The notes under the pieces were generated by a model. That model ran no database searches and had not been told where the DNA came from. It worked only from the letters and a program-made list of their open reading frames with translations. The translations under genes and the position numbers were made by a program. This document shows, in pieces, positions 1 through 8,698 of a stretch of 64,000 nt of DNA. The stretch's first letter is position 1. Every line of letters starts with the position of its first letter. The stretch is from Candidatus Heimdallarchaeota archaeon (GTDB lineage Archaea > Asgardarchaeota > Heimdallarchaeia > Heimdallarchaeales > Heimdallarchaeaceae). The DNA lies in assembly GCA_016840095.1 (NCBI GenBank), contig JAEOSZ010000066.1, positions 1-64,000 on the forward strand, in the 5' to 3' direction.

Positions 1-293
1 TCTTTGAATCTTGCTAAATAATAAACAAGAAGCATCAAAATTGCTAAAACTAATGCAACAATTGGGACAAAGAAATATGCAACAACAGAGACAAAATATC
101 CCAAAACTAGAAAAAGTGTTAGATTCTGTAAAGCCCTTCCAACTACTTGAAAACTTTCAGTCTCAACATTAGGTGTGAATCCACGAAACTTTTCCTCTAT
201 GTGTTCACATGTCTTATGATCAGCTTCAGTACCAGTAATTCTTGTTCCGAAATTATCAGTAATATATTTAATAGAATCGAGAAATGAATCCAT
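1..293 (-). CDS. Probable M28-family membrane peptidase, N-terminal part (runs off window)
   Basis: Manual translation from ATG 293: MDSFLDSIKYITDNFGTRITGTEADHKTCEHIEEKF...then hydrophobic TM segments; GxRxxGT/S pattern typical of M28 N-termini. Alternative TTG at 308. Confidence 0.55.
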   Translation of the reverse strand, partial: MDSFLDSIKYITDNFGTRITGTEADHKTCEHIEEKFRGFTPNVETESFQVVGRALQNLTLFLVLGYFVSVVAYFFVPIVALVLAILMLLVYYLARFK

Positions 294-352
294 AGAAATT
301 TGAGACAAATAGGTTTTATTTAAGTCTTAAGAGATTTCTGTCAAAAAGAGGG

Positions 353-532
353 TTATCTAGCACTCTTAACTAAAGGAGTTTTTTCCTTGGTTTCTAGTTT
401 TAATCCTACTTCGTGTTTAATTTCATTGAGTTTCCATAAAACAAAATCAAGAGCTTCTTCATTTAGTGTAGGATTTTCATTTGAACTAGATTTCAAGTGT
501 CGTACTAAATCTTCACGTTTTATTTCTTCCAT
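353..532 (-). CDS. Small hypothetical protein (59 aa)
   Basis: Manual translation MEEIKREDLVRHLKSSSNENPTLNEEALDFVLWKLNEIKHEVGLKLETKEKTPLVKSAR*; below ORF-track cutoff; purine-rich upstream region and TATA-like AATATATATT near 553-562. Confidence 0.55.
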   Translation of the reverse strand: MEEIKREDLVRHLKSSSNENPTLNEEALDFVLWKLNEIKHEVGLKLETKEKTPLVKSAR

Positions 533-667
533 CGAAATCGCCTTTTCTCAATAATATATATTGAATTTGCCATATAAACTCAAGAATTTTCTTTATTAAT
601 TGTATGTAATATTAATGAAATACTGAAAAGAAATCTGAAAAACAAATCTTATTGGTAGAAAACAACT

Positions 668-767
668 AATGTTGTGAAGGGAAAAGGGCGCGGAAGGATT
701 CCTCTAAGGTTTCAGCAAGATTTAGACGGACTAATTTCAATTTTCCTTCCTACACCTTAATTTTCAC
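668..767 (-). ncRNA. Candidate structured non-coding RNA (long hairpin)
   Basis: GC-enriched intergenic segment. On minus strand GGUGU-A-GGAAGGA (756-744) pairs with UCCUUCC-GCGCC (698-687) using G-U wobbles; inner UCC-G-UCUAA/UUAGA-GGA; outer GUGAA/UUCAC; TATA-like TATATAA at ~782-788 upstream. Confidence 0.4.
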
Positions 768-893
768 TCCTTCTCACGCACTTATATATTATTCCAAGGA
801 TTAGAATGACACTTGAATATCAGTTCGTTTGCTAATGAATAATCTACTTAATGCTTCTAATTGTCTTTTGAATAAAATAGCATAAGAGAATTC

Positions 894-1535
894 TTAATCG
901 GAAACTACTTGAGATAATTGATCTTTTAATTGATCAATAACAAATACTCTAAACTCCTTTTTCGACCCAAATGTAGAAATCTCAGAGTTTGGATCAAAAA
1001 CTATAGTATTCGTTATCAAAACTGTACCATGAATTACTGACCAGAGATATAGTGACATTTTTTTAGCATCAATATTTTTTATTAATCCTTGAGTAATAGC
1101 ATTCTCCAACAAATTTAGAAGCATTAAGATTGATTGTGGCTCAAATTTTTCCTCTTCAGTACTCTGAGATTCAAGTGGTGGAGGGGGGAGTACAAACATC
1201 AATTTGTATCTTCGATAATTTTCTTCAGCAAAATCGAAATAGAATTCTGCTAGCTTTACAAGTAGTTCAAGGAAATTGCCTTTATGGTACATGATTATTT
1301 CTTGGATTTTATCTTCTAATTCAGAGAAATCATGGCTCATGATCTCATACCACAGTTGTCTCTTACTTGAATAATAATTGTACAGATTACTCTGAGACAT
1401 GTCAAGGCGTTTTGCTAGTGCTCTCATACTTAATCCTGATGTTCCAGCTTCGAAAAACAATTCTCTAGCTTCAGAAATAATACGTTGAATCTGTTTGTTT
1501 TTTGCATCTTGTGACCTTGCTCTACTCTTACTCAT
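894..1535 (-). CDS. TetR/AcrR family transcriptional regulator
   Basis: HTH signature IISEARELF..G..GLSMRALAKRLDMSQSNLYNYYSSK; C-terminal WSxxHG. ORF track extends to 1598; ATG 1535 preferred. Confidence 0.9.
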   Translation of the reverse strand: MSKSRARSQDAKNKQIQRIISEARELFFEAGTSGLSMRALAKRLDMSQSNLYNYYSSKRQLWYEIMSHDFSELEDKIQEIIMYHKGNFLELLVKLAEFYFDFAEENYRRYKLMFVLPPPPLESQSTEEEKFEPQSILMLLNLLENAITQGLIKNIDAKKMSLYLWSVIHGTVLITNTIVFDPNSEISTFGSKKEFRVFVIDQLKDQLSQVVSD

Positions 1536-1572
1536 TGAATAAACAAAATTGTTGTGATAAATAAAGTTTTTT

Positions 1573-1589
1573 AATGAACGGCGTTCATT
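1573..1589. promoter_or_regulatory. Perfect 8-1-8 palindrome, candidate TetR operator
   Basis: AATGAACG-G-CGTTCATT located between the tetR start and the divergent ORF, flanked by TATA-like sequences. Confidence 0.55.
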
Positions 1590-1678
1590 TAGAAACATTT
1601 ATAAAAGTTCGAACTTGGTGAGGGTTATTCATATTACAGGGTTTGAGAAAGTTGGTATGGGGTGCCAAAGCCAGAAGA

Positions 1679-1978
1679 ATGTCAGAAATTAATCCAGATT
1701 CTTTCCTCTTACTGATGAGGATAAAACTGAGACAAATGAACACAATCATAAGTGAGACTATTAAAATAAAACTTGGATTAGTTGAATACACTTGTAGGGT
1801 TAGAAATCTGTTACATGTCTTTGGGGGAGAATTAGAGCTTTACTGCGACATAGATATAAGCAATCATATTGCTAGAATCACCAAACTACTAGATGCCACT
1901 AATTCAGAAGATAAATGGAATGGATTGATATCTGAATACCTTGAATTATATGAATTGATCCTAAGGTTTTGCAGTTAA
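1679..1978 (+). CDS. Hypothetical protein
   Basis: ORF 1643..1978, likely ATG 1679 (MSEINPDSF...); no recognisable motif. Confidence 0.45.
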   Translation: MSEINPDSFLLLMRIKLRQMNTIISETIKIKLGLVEYTCRVRNLLHVFGGELELYCDIDISNHIARITKLLDATNSEDKWNGLISEYLELYELILRFCS

Positions 1979-2214
1979 GAAGGTAGCTCATACATTTCTT
2001 TCCTAAAGGATAGGGCTACCTTACTGTAACCTACCTTCTTGTATATATCTCCTTATTAGAATGCTACTATAGTTAAAAAATAATGTTTGTTGTTGTACTA
2101 TTTATTCTTTTGAAACTAGCATTTAATTTCTTGCACAAAATCCTAATAAATTAGTCAAAATTGAATTTGAAATGATTTAAATATAATATCAAACAAATAA
2201 CTAGAAGGAGAAAT

Positions 2215-2736
2215 ATGCCAAAAATCTTCCTGCAAAGTAGAAGAAGTATAGAAATTGCAAGTTTCTTATTAATAGCATTATTAACAGTTACAGTTACATC
2301 CAAAGCTGAAAATTACGAAGAAACTGTCTACTTTCATGGTGAAATTACTATTATTTCTGGTTCTTATTCTGTCCAGATGCTTACCTATAACAAGAACGAT
2401 ACTCTTGAAATAGAGATTCAAGTACTAGAAGGACCAGGATTAGATGTATATGTTACTAATCTGGAAAATCTCGATACTCTTGAGGAATGCTATTTTGAAG
2501 AAACAAACTTTTCTCTTGTTTCAGAAGTGATTCAGCTTGGTCCTCCTGACAATTATTACGTAACATTTCAAAGAATTGATTATAACAATGATACACAACT
2601 TTACCTCTACATATGTGTTGTAAGATCTGGAACCAAACCCTTTCCTCTAGATTGGCAAGATGGTCTATATATAGGAGTGGGTTTATCAGTACTAGTAATT
2701 GTTATCATTGTAAGCAAAAAATTGTTAAATAGATAA
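2215..2736 (+). CDS. Secreted, C-terminally anchored beta-sandwich (GOLD-like) membrane protein
   Basis: Signal peptide, beta-rich ectodomain, C-terminal TM followed by a basic tail; GGAG RBS upstream. Confidence 0.65.
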   Translation: MPKIFLQSRRSIEIASFLLIALLTVTVTSKAENYEETVYFHGEITIISGSYSVQMLTYNKNDTLEIEIQVLEGPGLDVYVTNLENLDTLEECYFEETNFSLVSEVIQLGPPDNYYVTFQRIDYNNDTQLYLYICVVRSGTKPFPLDWQDGLYIGVGLSVLVIVIIVSKKLLNR

Positions 2737-2819
2737 ATTTTTGGTGCTAGTTAATACAATATTTAGATTTTGAAAACATATTTAAGATAGTTTTCAAGCA
2801 GTTAATATGATACTAGTCA

Positions 2820-3527
2820 GTGGGGACAATGAAATCGAGAAAGAAACAATTTATCTTTTTGATTATTCTTACATCAATCTTTGTCTCCTTAAGTTATACT
2901 CGAGCAGATGTAATCAGAGACGAAACTCGTGTAGTGTATGCTGGAACCTATAATGGTTGGATGCACACTCCAACAACTAGTCATGTATTATACATAGAAT
3001 ATGAAGTTTTAGAAGCAGGTTTCAATGTTACTCTCCAAATTTTTGATTCACAAAATTATATTCAATGGCGAGAAGGGAACAGTTCTGTCAATGAACTATA
3101 TGTATATGATAAAAACACTGCTGAAGTTAGTTGTGATTTAGAGGCTTCAGTTACATATTATATTATTTTGGAAAATCCATATCTAATTCAAGACATACAT
3201 GTTAAAATAACAATTCGAGACGATCAATTTACACCACCAATAACTACAACGGAAAACAATAGAGGATTCTTGATACCTATAATTATAGCATGTTCCTTTC
3301 TTTTTCCTTTTCTCTTAGGTTTAACTATTATAGCTGTAAGAAATTCGAGACCCGATCTATCTAAAAAGAAGTCAGGCAAACACCTTCAGCCACTACAGTT
3401 TGAGAAATACGAAGCACATATTGTTGAGACAAAAGCAGATATTGATAGTTATAAGTTATGTCCCAACTGTAATAGTGCTGGATATATCAGTGAGAATTAT
3501 TGTTCCTTCTGTGGGCAAAAATACTAG
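2820..3527 (+). CDS. Type I membrane protein with GOLD-like ectodomain and cytoplasmic zinc ribbon
   Basis: Signal peptide, beta-rich domain resembling upstream ORF, TM helix, C-terminal CPNC-x10-CSFCG. Confidence 0.65.
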   Translation: MGTMKSRKKQFIFLIILTSIFVSLSYTRADVIRDETRVVYAGTYNGWMHTPTTSHVLYIEYEVLEAGFNVTLQIFDSQNYIQWREGNSSVNELYVYDKNTAEVSCDLEASVTYYIILENPYLIQDIHVKITIRDDQFTPPITTTENNRGFLIPIIIACSFLFPFLLGLTIIAVRNSRPDLSKKKSGKHLQPLQFEKYEAHIVETKADIDSYKLCPNCNSAGYISENYCSFCGQKY

Positions 3528-3603
3528 TGCTAAAGTATTGCTTCTATTTTCGTTAAGCCCCAAAGTATTTTAAGAATAGATTTACTACCTAAAACTGGTA
3601 TCA

Positions 3604-4401
3604 ATGAATGATAAGATTGGGCAAATAGATCTTCCAAATGAATTGAAAGAAATTATGGGGGAATCTTCATGGGAAGAAAATTCAATAGGTTGCTCAAAAG
3701 CTAGAGTATTCAAGTGCATCGTTGAAGAAAATGTCCATTATCTTAAAATCGATGAAATTGATTCTATTTTTAGTTTGGAAAGAGAAAAAATCATTCTTGA
3801 TTGGTTGGTACGAAAACTAGAGGTTCCTGAAGTAATTTATTTTGGACAGAAGGAAAACAACGAATTTCTTCTTTTATCTGAAATTCAAGGAGAAGTATCA
3901 TTTAAAGCTAAAACTAACAATGAAAAGAGAAGAAACATTAAGATATTAGCTGATGGGTTAAAAAAGATACATTCAATACCTATTTCAACCTGTCCAATTG
4001 ATAATTCACTAGACAAATTGCTACAACTAGCAAAACAGAGAATGGAATCAAAGGAAATTGATTCAAGTCAATTTGATGAAAGATGGTCTTTCAAAAAGCC
4101 TGAAGAAGTATTTGATGAGATAGTAAAACTGAAACCTACTAAATTAGATCTTGTTTTCACTCATGGGGATTACTGCTTACCAAATATTCTTGTTAAGGAA
4201 GGTAAAATCAGTGGTTTTGTTGATTGGTCATGGGGAGGAATAAGTGACAGATATTTTGATTTTGCAGCTGTAATCTGGAGTATTGGGTATAATTACGGTG
4301 ATGAGTGGGTAAAATACTTCATTGAAGATTATGGGATAGATAATTTTGATTGGGATAAACTAAGGTTTTTCCAAATGTTAAATGAGTTTTTTCAACAGTA
4401 A
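3604..4401 (+). CDS. Aminoglycoside 3'-phosphotransferase-like kinase (APH family)
   Basis: IGCSKARVF, YLK, HGDYCLPNIL (Brenner motif), GFVDW, DRYFD, C-terminal L-N/D-E-F-F. Confidence 0.85.
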   Translation: MNDKIGQIDLPNELKEIMGESSWEENSIGCSKARVFKCIVEENVHYLKIDEIDSIFSLEREKIILDWLVRKLEVPEVIYFGQKENNEFLLLSEIQGEVSFKAKTNNEKRRNIKILADGLKKIHSIPISTCPIDNSLDKLLQLAKQRMESKEIDSSQFDERWSFKKPEEVFDEIVKLKPTKLDLVFTHGDYCLPNILVKEGKISGFVDWSWGGISDRYFDFAAVIWSIGYNYGDEWVKYFIEDYGIDNFDWDKLRFFQMLNEFFQQ

Positions 4402-4450
4402 TACTAGAATTGACCATTAGATTTATTTTTAGCTAAGTTAATTTCTCAAC

Positions 4451-6064
4451 ATGAGTTTAAAATTCGACTCCTATCGTTCTCCTGTTTATGGAAAAAGAGG
4501 AATTGTTGCTTCAAGTCAACCTTTAGCTTCTGAAGCTGGTATGAGGATACTTCAACAAGGTGGAAATGCTGCGGATGCTGCTGTTGCAACAGCTGCTGCA
4601 CTGAATGTTACAGAACCATGTTCAACAGGAATAGGTGGGGATTGTTTCTGTCTGTTTTTCGATGGAAAGCAAAAATCTGTTTTTGGTCTTAATGCAAGTG
4701 GAAGAGCTCCTTCTGAAATAAATCTAGATGTAGTAGCCGATGATAATGTGAATGGAATGTTATACCCAATAAGTATCCACAGCATAACTGTTCCAGGGGC
4801 AGCAGCTGGTTGGGTTGATACAGTAGAGAAGTTTGGAACTATGTCACTTAAAGAAGTTCTTGCACCTGCAATTGAGTTAGCTGAAAAAGGTTTTCCAGTT
4901 GCGCCATTTACAGCTATGGCTTGGAAAAGAAGTGAACAATTGATTAAGAAAGGTCCATATGGAGATGAAATACTCCTTAATGGAGAAGCACCAAAAGAGG
5001 GAGAAATTATGAAAAACCCCACTTTGGGAAAAACTTTTCGTACTTTAGCAGAGCATGGAAAGAGTGGATTTTATGAGGGAAGAATTGCAGAAGCAATCGT
5101 TGATCTCATAAGATCATTAGATGGAGTGATGTCTCTTGATGATTTAAAGAATCATCAAAATACATTTGATGAACCAATCTCAACAAATTATAATGGGGTA
5201 GAAGTGTATGAGATTCCTCCTAATGGTCAAGGTATCACAGCTCTTATAGCTCTGAATATTGTGGAAGAATTTGATATTGCAAGTATGAAGCATTCCTCAG
5301 TTGAGCACTTGCATGTCATGATAGAAGCAATGAGAATAGCTTTTGCAGATACACGATGGTATGTTGCAGACCCTGATATCGTAAATGTTCCAATTAAAGA
5401 GTTAATTTCAAAAAACTATGCAGCAAAAAGAAGAAAGTTGATTGATTTAACTAAAGCTACTATTGATACAAAACAAGGTTCTCCATTTACAAGTTCAGAC
5501 ACTGTTTACTTTTCCGTTGCTGATGGTAAAGGGAATGCTTGTAGTTTCATCAACTCAAACTACATGGGTTTTGGAACAGGATTGGTACCCCAAGGATGTG
5601 GATTTACACTTCAGAATAGAGGAGCAAATTTCACTTTGGAACCTAATCATCCCAATGTTCTTGCCCCGAATAAAAGACCGTATCATACAATTATTCCAGG
5701 TATGGCTACAAAGGATGGAGAACTTTATGCAAGTTTCGGTGTAATGGGTGGATTTAACCAACCTCAAGGACATGCTCAAGTTATCTCCAATATGGTTGAT
5801 TTTGGAATGAATCCTCAGCAAGCACTTAATGCTCCTAGGTACACAATAAAAGACGGAACTAGTGGTGGAACTGTTGCACTAGAAGAAGGTATTGAGGTAT
5901 CTGTAATGAGTACTTTGAGTCGAATGGGGCATAACATAGCACCTACATCAGGTTTAGCTAGAATGATTTTTGGTAGAGGTCAAATCATAAGAAGAAATCC
6001 AAAAACTGGAGTATTGTGTGGTGGAACAAGTCCAAGAGCTGATGGGATAGCCATAGCCTGGTGA
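4451..6064 (+). CDS. ggt: Gamma-glutamyltransferase
   Basis: GGNAADAAVA, TGIGGD, TVPG, PPNGQG, catalytic Thr in SDTVYFS, KRPYHTIIP, GVMGG, PRADG. Confidence 0.95.
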   Translation: MSLKFDSYRSPVYGKRGIVASSQPLASEAGMRILQQGGNAADAAVATAAALNVTEPCSTGIGGDCFCLFFDGKQKSVFGLNASGRAPSEINLDVVADDNVNGMLYPISIHSITVPGAAAGWVDTVEKFGTMSLKEVLAPAIELAEKGFPVAPFTAMAWKRSEQLIKKGPYGDEILLNGEAPKEGEIMKNPTLGKTFRTLAEHGKSGFYEGRIAEAIVDLIRSLDGVMSLDDLKNHQNTFDEPISTNYNGVEVYEIPPNGQGITALIALNIVEEFDIASMKHSSVEHLHVMIEAMRIAFADTRWYVADPDIVNVPIKELISKNYAAKRRKLIDLTKATIDTKQGSPFTSSDTVYFSVADGKGNACSFINSNYMGFGTGLVPQGCGFTLQNRGANFTLEPNHPNVLAPNKRPYHTIIPGMATKDGELYASFGVMGGFNQPQGHAQVISNMVDFGMNPQQALNAPRYTIKDGTSGGTVALEEGIEVSVMSTLSRMGHNIAPTSGLARMIFGRGQIIRRNPKTGVLCGGTSPRADGIAIAW

Positions 6065-6068
6065 TGCT

Positions 6069-7502
6069 TTAGTTTGAAAAAACGAGAGATTTAACAACTA
6101 CAGGAACAACTTGTCCTCCAGCTTTAGGTTTATCTACATCAATAAAATCTCCCTCTTGAACATTAATCTCATCAACCGAAATAATATTTTCTTTGGCTTC
6201 AGTTTCTCTTTTCATAACGTTGCCTACAGAATTACCAATATCTCTATCAAAAATCATTATTATTGGTTTTTCCATTCTAATTGTATTTGGAATAGCGTCG
6301 ACTACACCTTTAGAAAATGTTGTTAATCCGGCATATGAACCACCAATAGCTCCTTTGAAAGATAGAGCAACAATTTCATCCCCTTCCTTTACATCAAAAA
6401 GACTGAAACTCTTTAGTATGGCATTCTTCACTTTTTCTTCTGTAATGTTCTTATTGTCTAATTTAGGTTCAAGAACAGGAATATTATGTATTGGAAGAAT
6501 TTCAGGATCTGAAATATGAGTAGTAACACCTGAAACTTGCAAAGTATATTGACCAGCCCCTATGACAGTGGCTCTGATAAGTTCTGTTGGTTCATGAAGT
6601 TTAATGTTTTGAGCTTTTACTATTTTTACAATTTCTTCTCCCAAATATTTACCCAGATCCCTGTAATCTTGATTAGTTTTTTCATAGATATATTCAGCAA
6701 CTCCACCAGAAAATACATACTCATCTATGCTTTCTTTGTAATCAATAGCATTTGTCATTAGAAGATTCTTAGCTATTTTCGATTCTATCTTTTGATTTAG
6801 CACTTCAAAGAGACTCTCTGCGAGGATTCTTGCCATTCTCCTTTTCTGATTATCTGTGATTACTAGCCCATATTCAAATTTAATTCCCATTCGATCTTCT
6901 AAGTTTCTTATAGGTTCTTCAATCCGAACAATCTTATTTTGATCATCAAATGCTAATAATCTTCCCCCCACATTAACGCATGAAGCTTCAACTACTTCAC
7001 CTTCCTTAACAATAGCTATGTTAGAAGTTCCTCCTCCAATATCAATATTAATTACAGTATTTTTAGCGTTCTTAGAGTGTAAAGAAGCTCCAGACCCCAT
7101 AGCTGCAATAATTGATTCAAAATTAGGTCCAGCAGCAGCACAAACGAATCTTCCTGCCTTATGAGCTAGAGATTTAACCAAATCCTCCGCATTCTCTTTC
7201 TTCGCACTTTCACCAGTTACAATTACTGCCCCAGTATCGATATCATCAATGGAAACATTAGCTCTCTCATATTCTTCTTTGAGGAATTCTACAAGTTTGA
7301 GATAGTCTATATTTAGTCCATCTACAAGAGGTGTCAAGATTATTTTTCCTTTGAAAAGAATCTCTCGTTCAGTAACTTCAAACTTTACTCCCCTTGGTGT
7401 GTAGATCTTCTCTAGTTTGAGTTTAGAGAAAATCAGGTGTGAAGTTGTTGTACCAACATCAATTCCACAACTAGTCAATGAAATAGCATGATCTTCGCTC
7501 AT
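6069..7502 (-). CDS. eutA: Ethanolamine ammonia-lyase reactivating factor EutA-like ATPase
   Basis: GIDVGTTTSH, GAVIVTGESAKKENA, AGPNFESIIAAMGSGA, NIDIGGGTSN, NVGGRL, FSGGVA, IRATVIGAG, VPVVVKSLVF. Confidence 0.9.
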   Translation of the reverse strand: MSEDHAISLTSCGIDVGTTTSHLIFSKLKLEKIYTPRGVKFEVTEREILFKGKIILTPLVDGLNIDYLKLVEFLKEEYERANVSIDDIDTGAVIVTGESAKKENAEDLVKSLAHKAGRFVCAAAGPNFESIIAAMGSGASLHSKNAKNTVINIDIGGGTSNIAIVKEGEVVEASCVNVGGRLLAFDDQNKIVRIEEPIRNLEDRMGIKFEYGLVITDNQKRRMARILAESLFEVLNQKIESKIAKNLLMTNAIDYKESIDEYVFSGGVAEYIYEKTNQDYRDLGKYLGEEIVKIVKAQNIKLHEPTELIRATVIGAGQYTLQVSGVTTHISDPEILPIHNIPVLEPKLDNKNITEEKVKNAILKSFSLFDVKEGDEIVALSFKGAIGGSYAGLTTFSKGVVDAIPNTIRMEKPIIMIFDRDIGNSVGNVMKRETEAKENIISVDEINVQEGDFIDVDKPKAGGQVVPVVVKSLVFSN

Positions 7503-7642
7503 TACGAATTCCTCTAGACGCTAAAAGCACCAAAATTTCATACACTTAAAGCATTTTGGTTGAGGCTTTTTTTTTAACGTAAAAATGCAATCCGAGAGAA
7601 AAGGTTTAAAATGTCTGTTGTAAAACACAAATTGAAACAGTC

Positions 7643-8629
7643 ATGGCAACTGATAATATTGTAGCTGAAGATAGTGATTTTAGCTCAACTGAATTAGGTC
7701 CTCGTTCATTCGGAGAGGTATGGAAAGATTGGTTTTTAGCTTCGTTAAAATATTTCTGGAAAAAAATACATTCGCCATTTGGCATATACATTATAAGCAC
7801 TTGGTTCATAAGTGTTCTAATTATGGGGTTAACTAACACATTCAGAGGAGGAAGCTTTTGGCAGGGACCTGCTTACTGGTTGGATGTGTTTCTAACATAT
7901 GGTCTAAATACAGGACAAGATTCAACTGCAAGATTGATATCAAAACCATTCTTTGTATGGTTTTTTGCACCAGTTGTAGCTCTAATACTAGGATTTTCAT
8001 TATTTTTATTATCTGATAGTGGTTTTTTCAGAAATGGAGGGCTTCCTTTAGCTATTGAAGCAGATTTCAATGAAGCTGGCAGATTTTTCAGTGTTGAGAA
8101 CATATGGGGACAAGAATTATTAAATCCAGACAAACCAAAATTCACAAAAACATATCTCTGGATCGTTATAATGCCAATTATTTTAGGAGCGATTATTGCT
8201 GGTCTCTACAATTTCATAATGTTCAAATTGGTTAAGAAGAAAAAATATCTACCATCCGCGAAATCATTCTTGTTGATTGTATTCATATGTGCTCTTATTA
8301 TTGGCATTGAAATGGCTTTAATGACTGGAGAACTAGTTTTGGAGTTCAAGAAATTATTCTACTCTTTGTTTGTAGACCGGCGGGATAACCAGTTCTTGAT
8401 TTATGGTTTAGAACATGGAGGACAAGGTCAATATCATCCTATAGCAGTAGCTTTAACCACCTGGTTGCTATATCTCGTGCCTTTCTTTGCAGTATTTTTG
8501 ATTATCCTAATTTTAGGAAATCTTGATAATGTTTGGAAGAACAGAAATATAGTCTATAAACGAGTTGCTGAATTTGTTGCAGCAAGAAGAGAGCCTGAAT
8601 TAGAAGAAGGTTTTTCTAAAGAAGCATGA
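7643..8629 (+). CDS. Multi-pass membrane protein
   Basis: About 5 hydrophobic segments; upstream of ABC ATPase. Confidence 0.7.
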   Translation: MATDNIVAEDSDFSSTELGPRSFGEVWKDWFLASLKYFWKKIHSPFGIYIISTWFISVLIMGLTNTFRGGSFWQGPAYWLDVFLTYGLNTGQDSTARLISKPFFVWFFAPVVALILGFSLFLLSDSGFFRNGGLPLAIEADFNEAGRFFSVENIWGQELLNPDKPKFTKTYLWIVIMPIILGAIIAGLYNFIMFKLVKKKKYLPSAKSFLLIVFICALIIGIEMALMTGELVLEFKKLFYSLFVDRRDNQFLIYGLEHGGQGQYHPIAVALTTWLLYLVPFFAVFLIILILGNLDNVWKNRNIVYKRVAEFVAARREPELEEGFSKEA

Positions 8630-8698
8630 AAAATGCAGATGAAAAACCCAATTTTTTTATTTATGGACAATTTTATTAGTGTGCAAGATTAGGGAGGT

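Noticed and set aside
1585-1791. Hydrophobic 68-aa minus-strand ORF
   Set aside because: Overlaps the plus-strand ORF and the operator/promoter region; no supporting signal.
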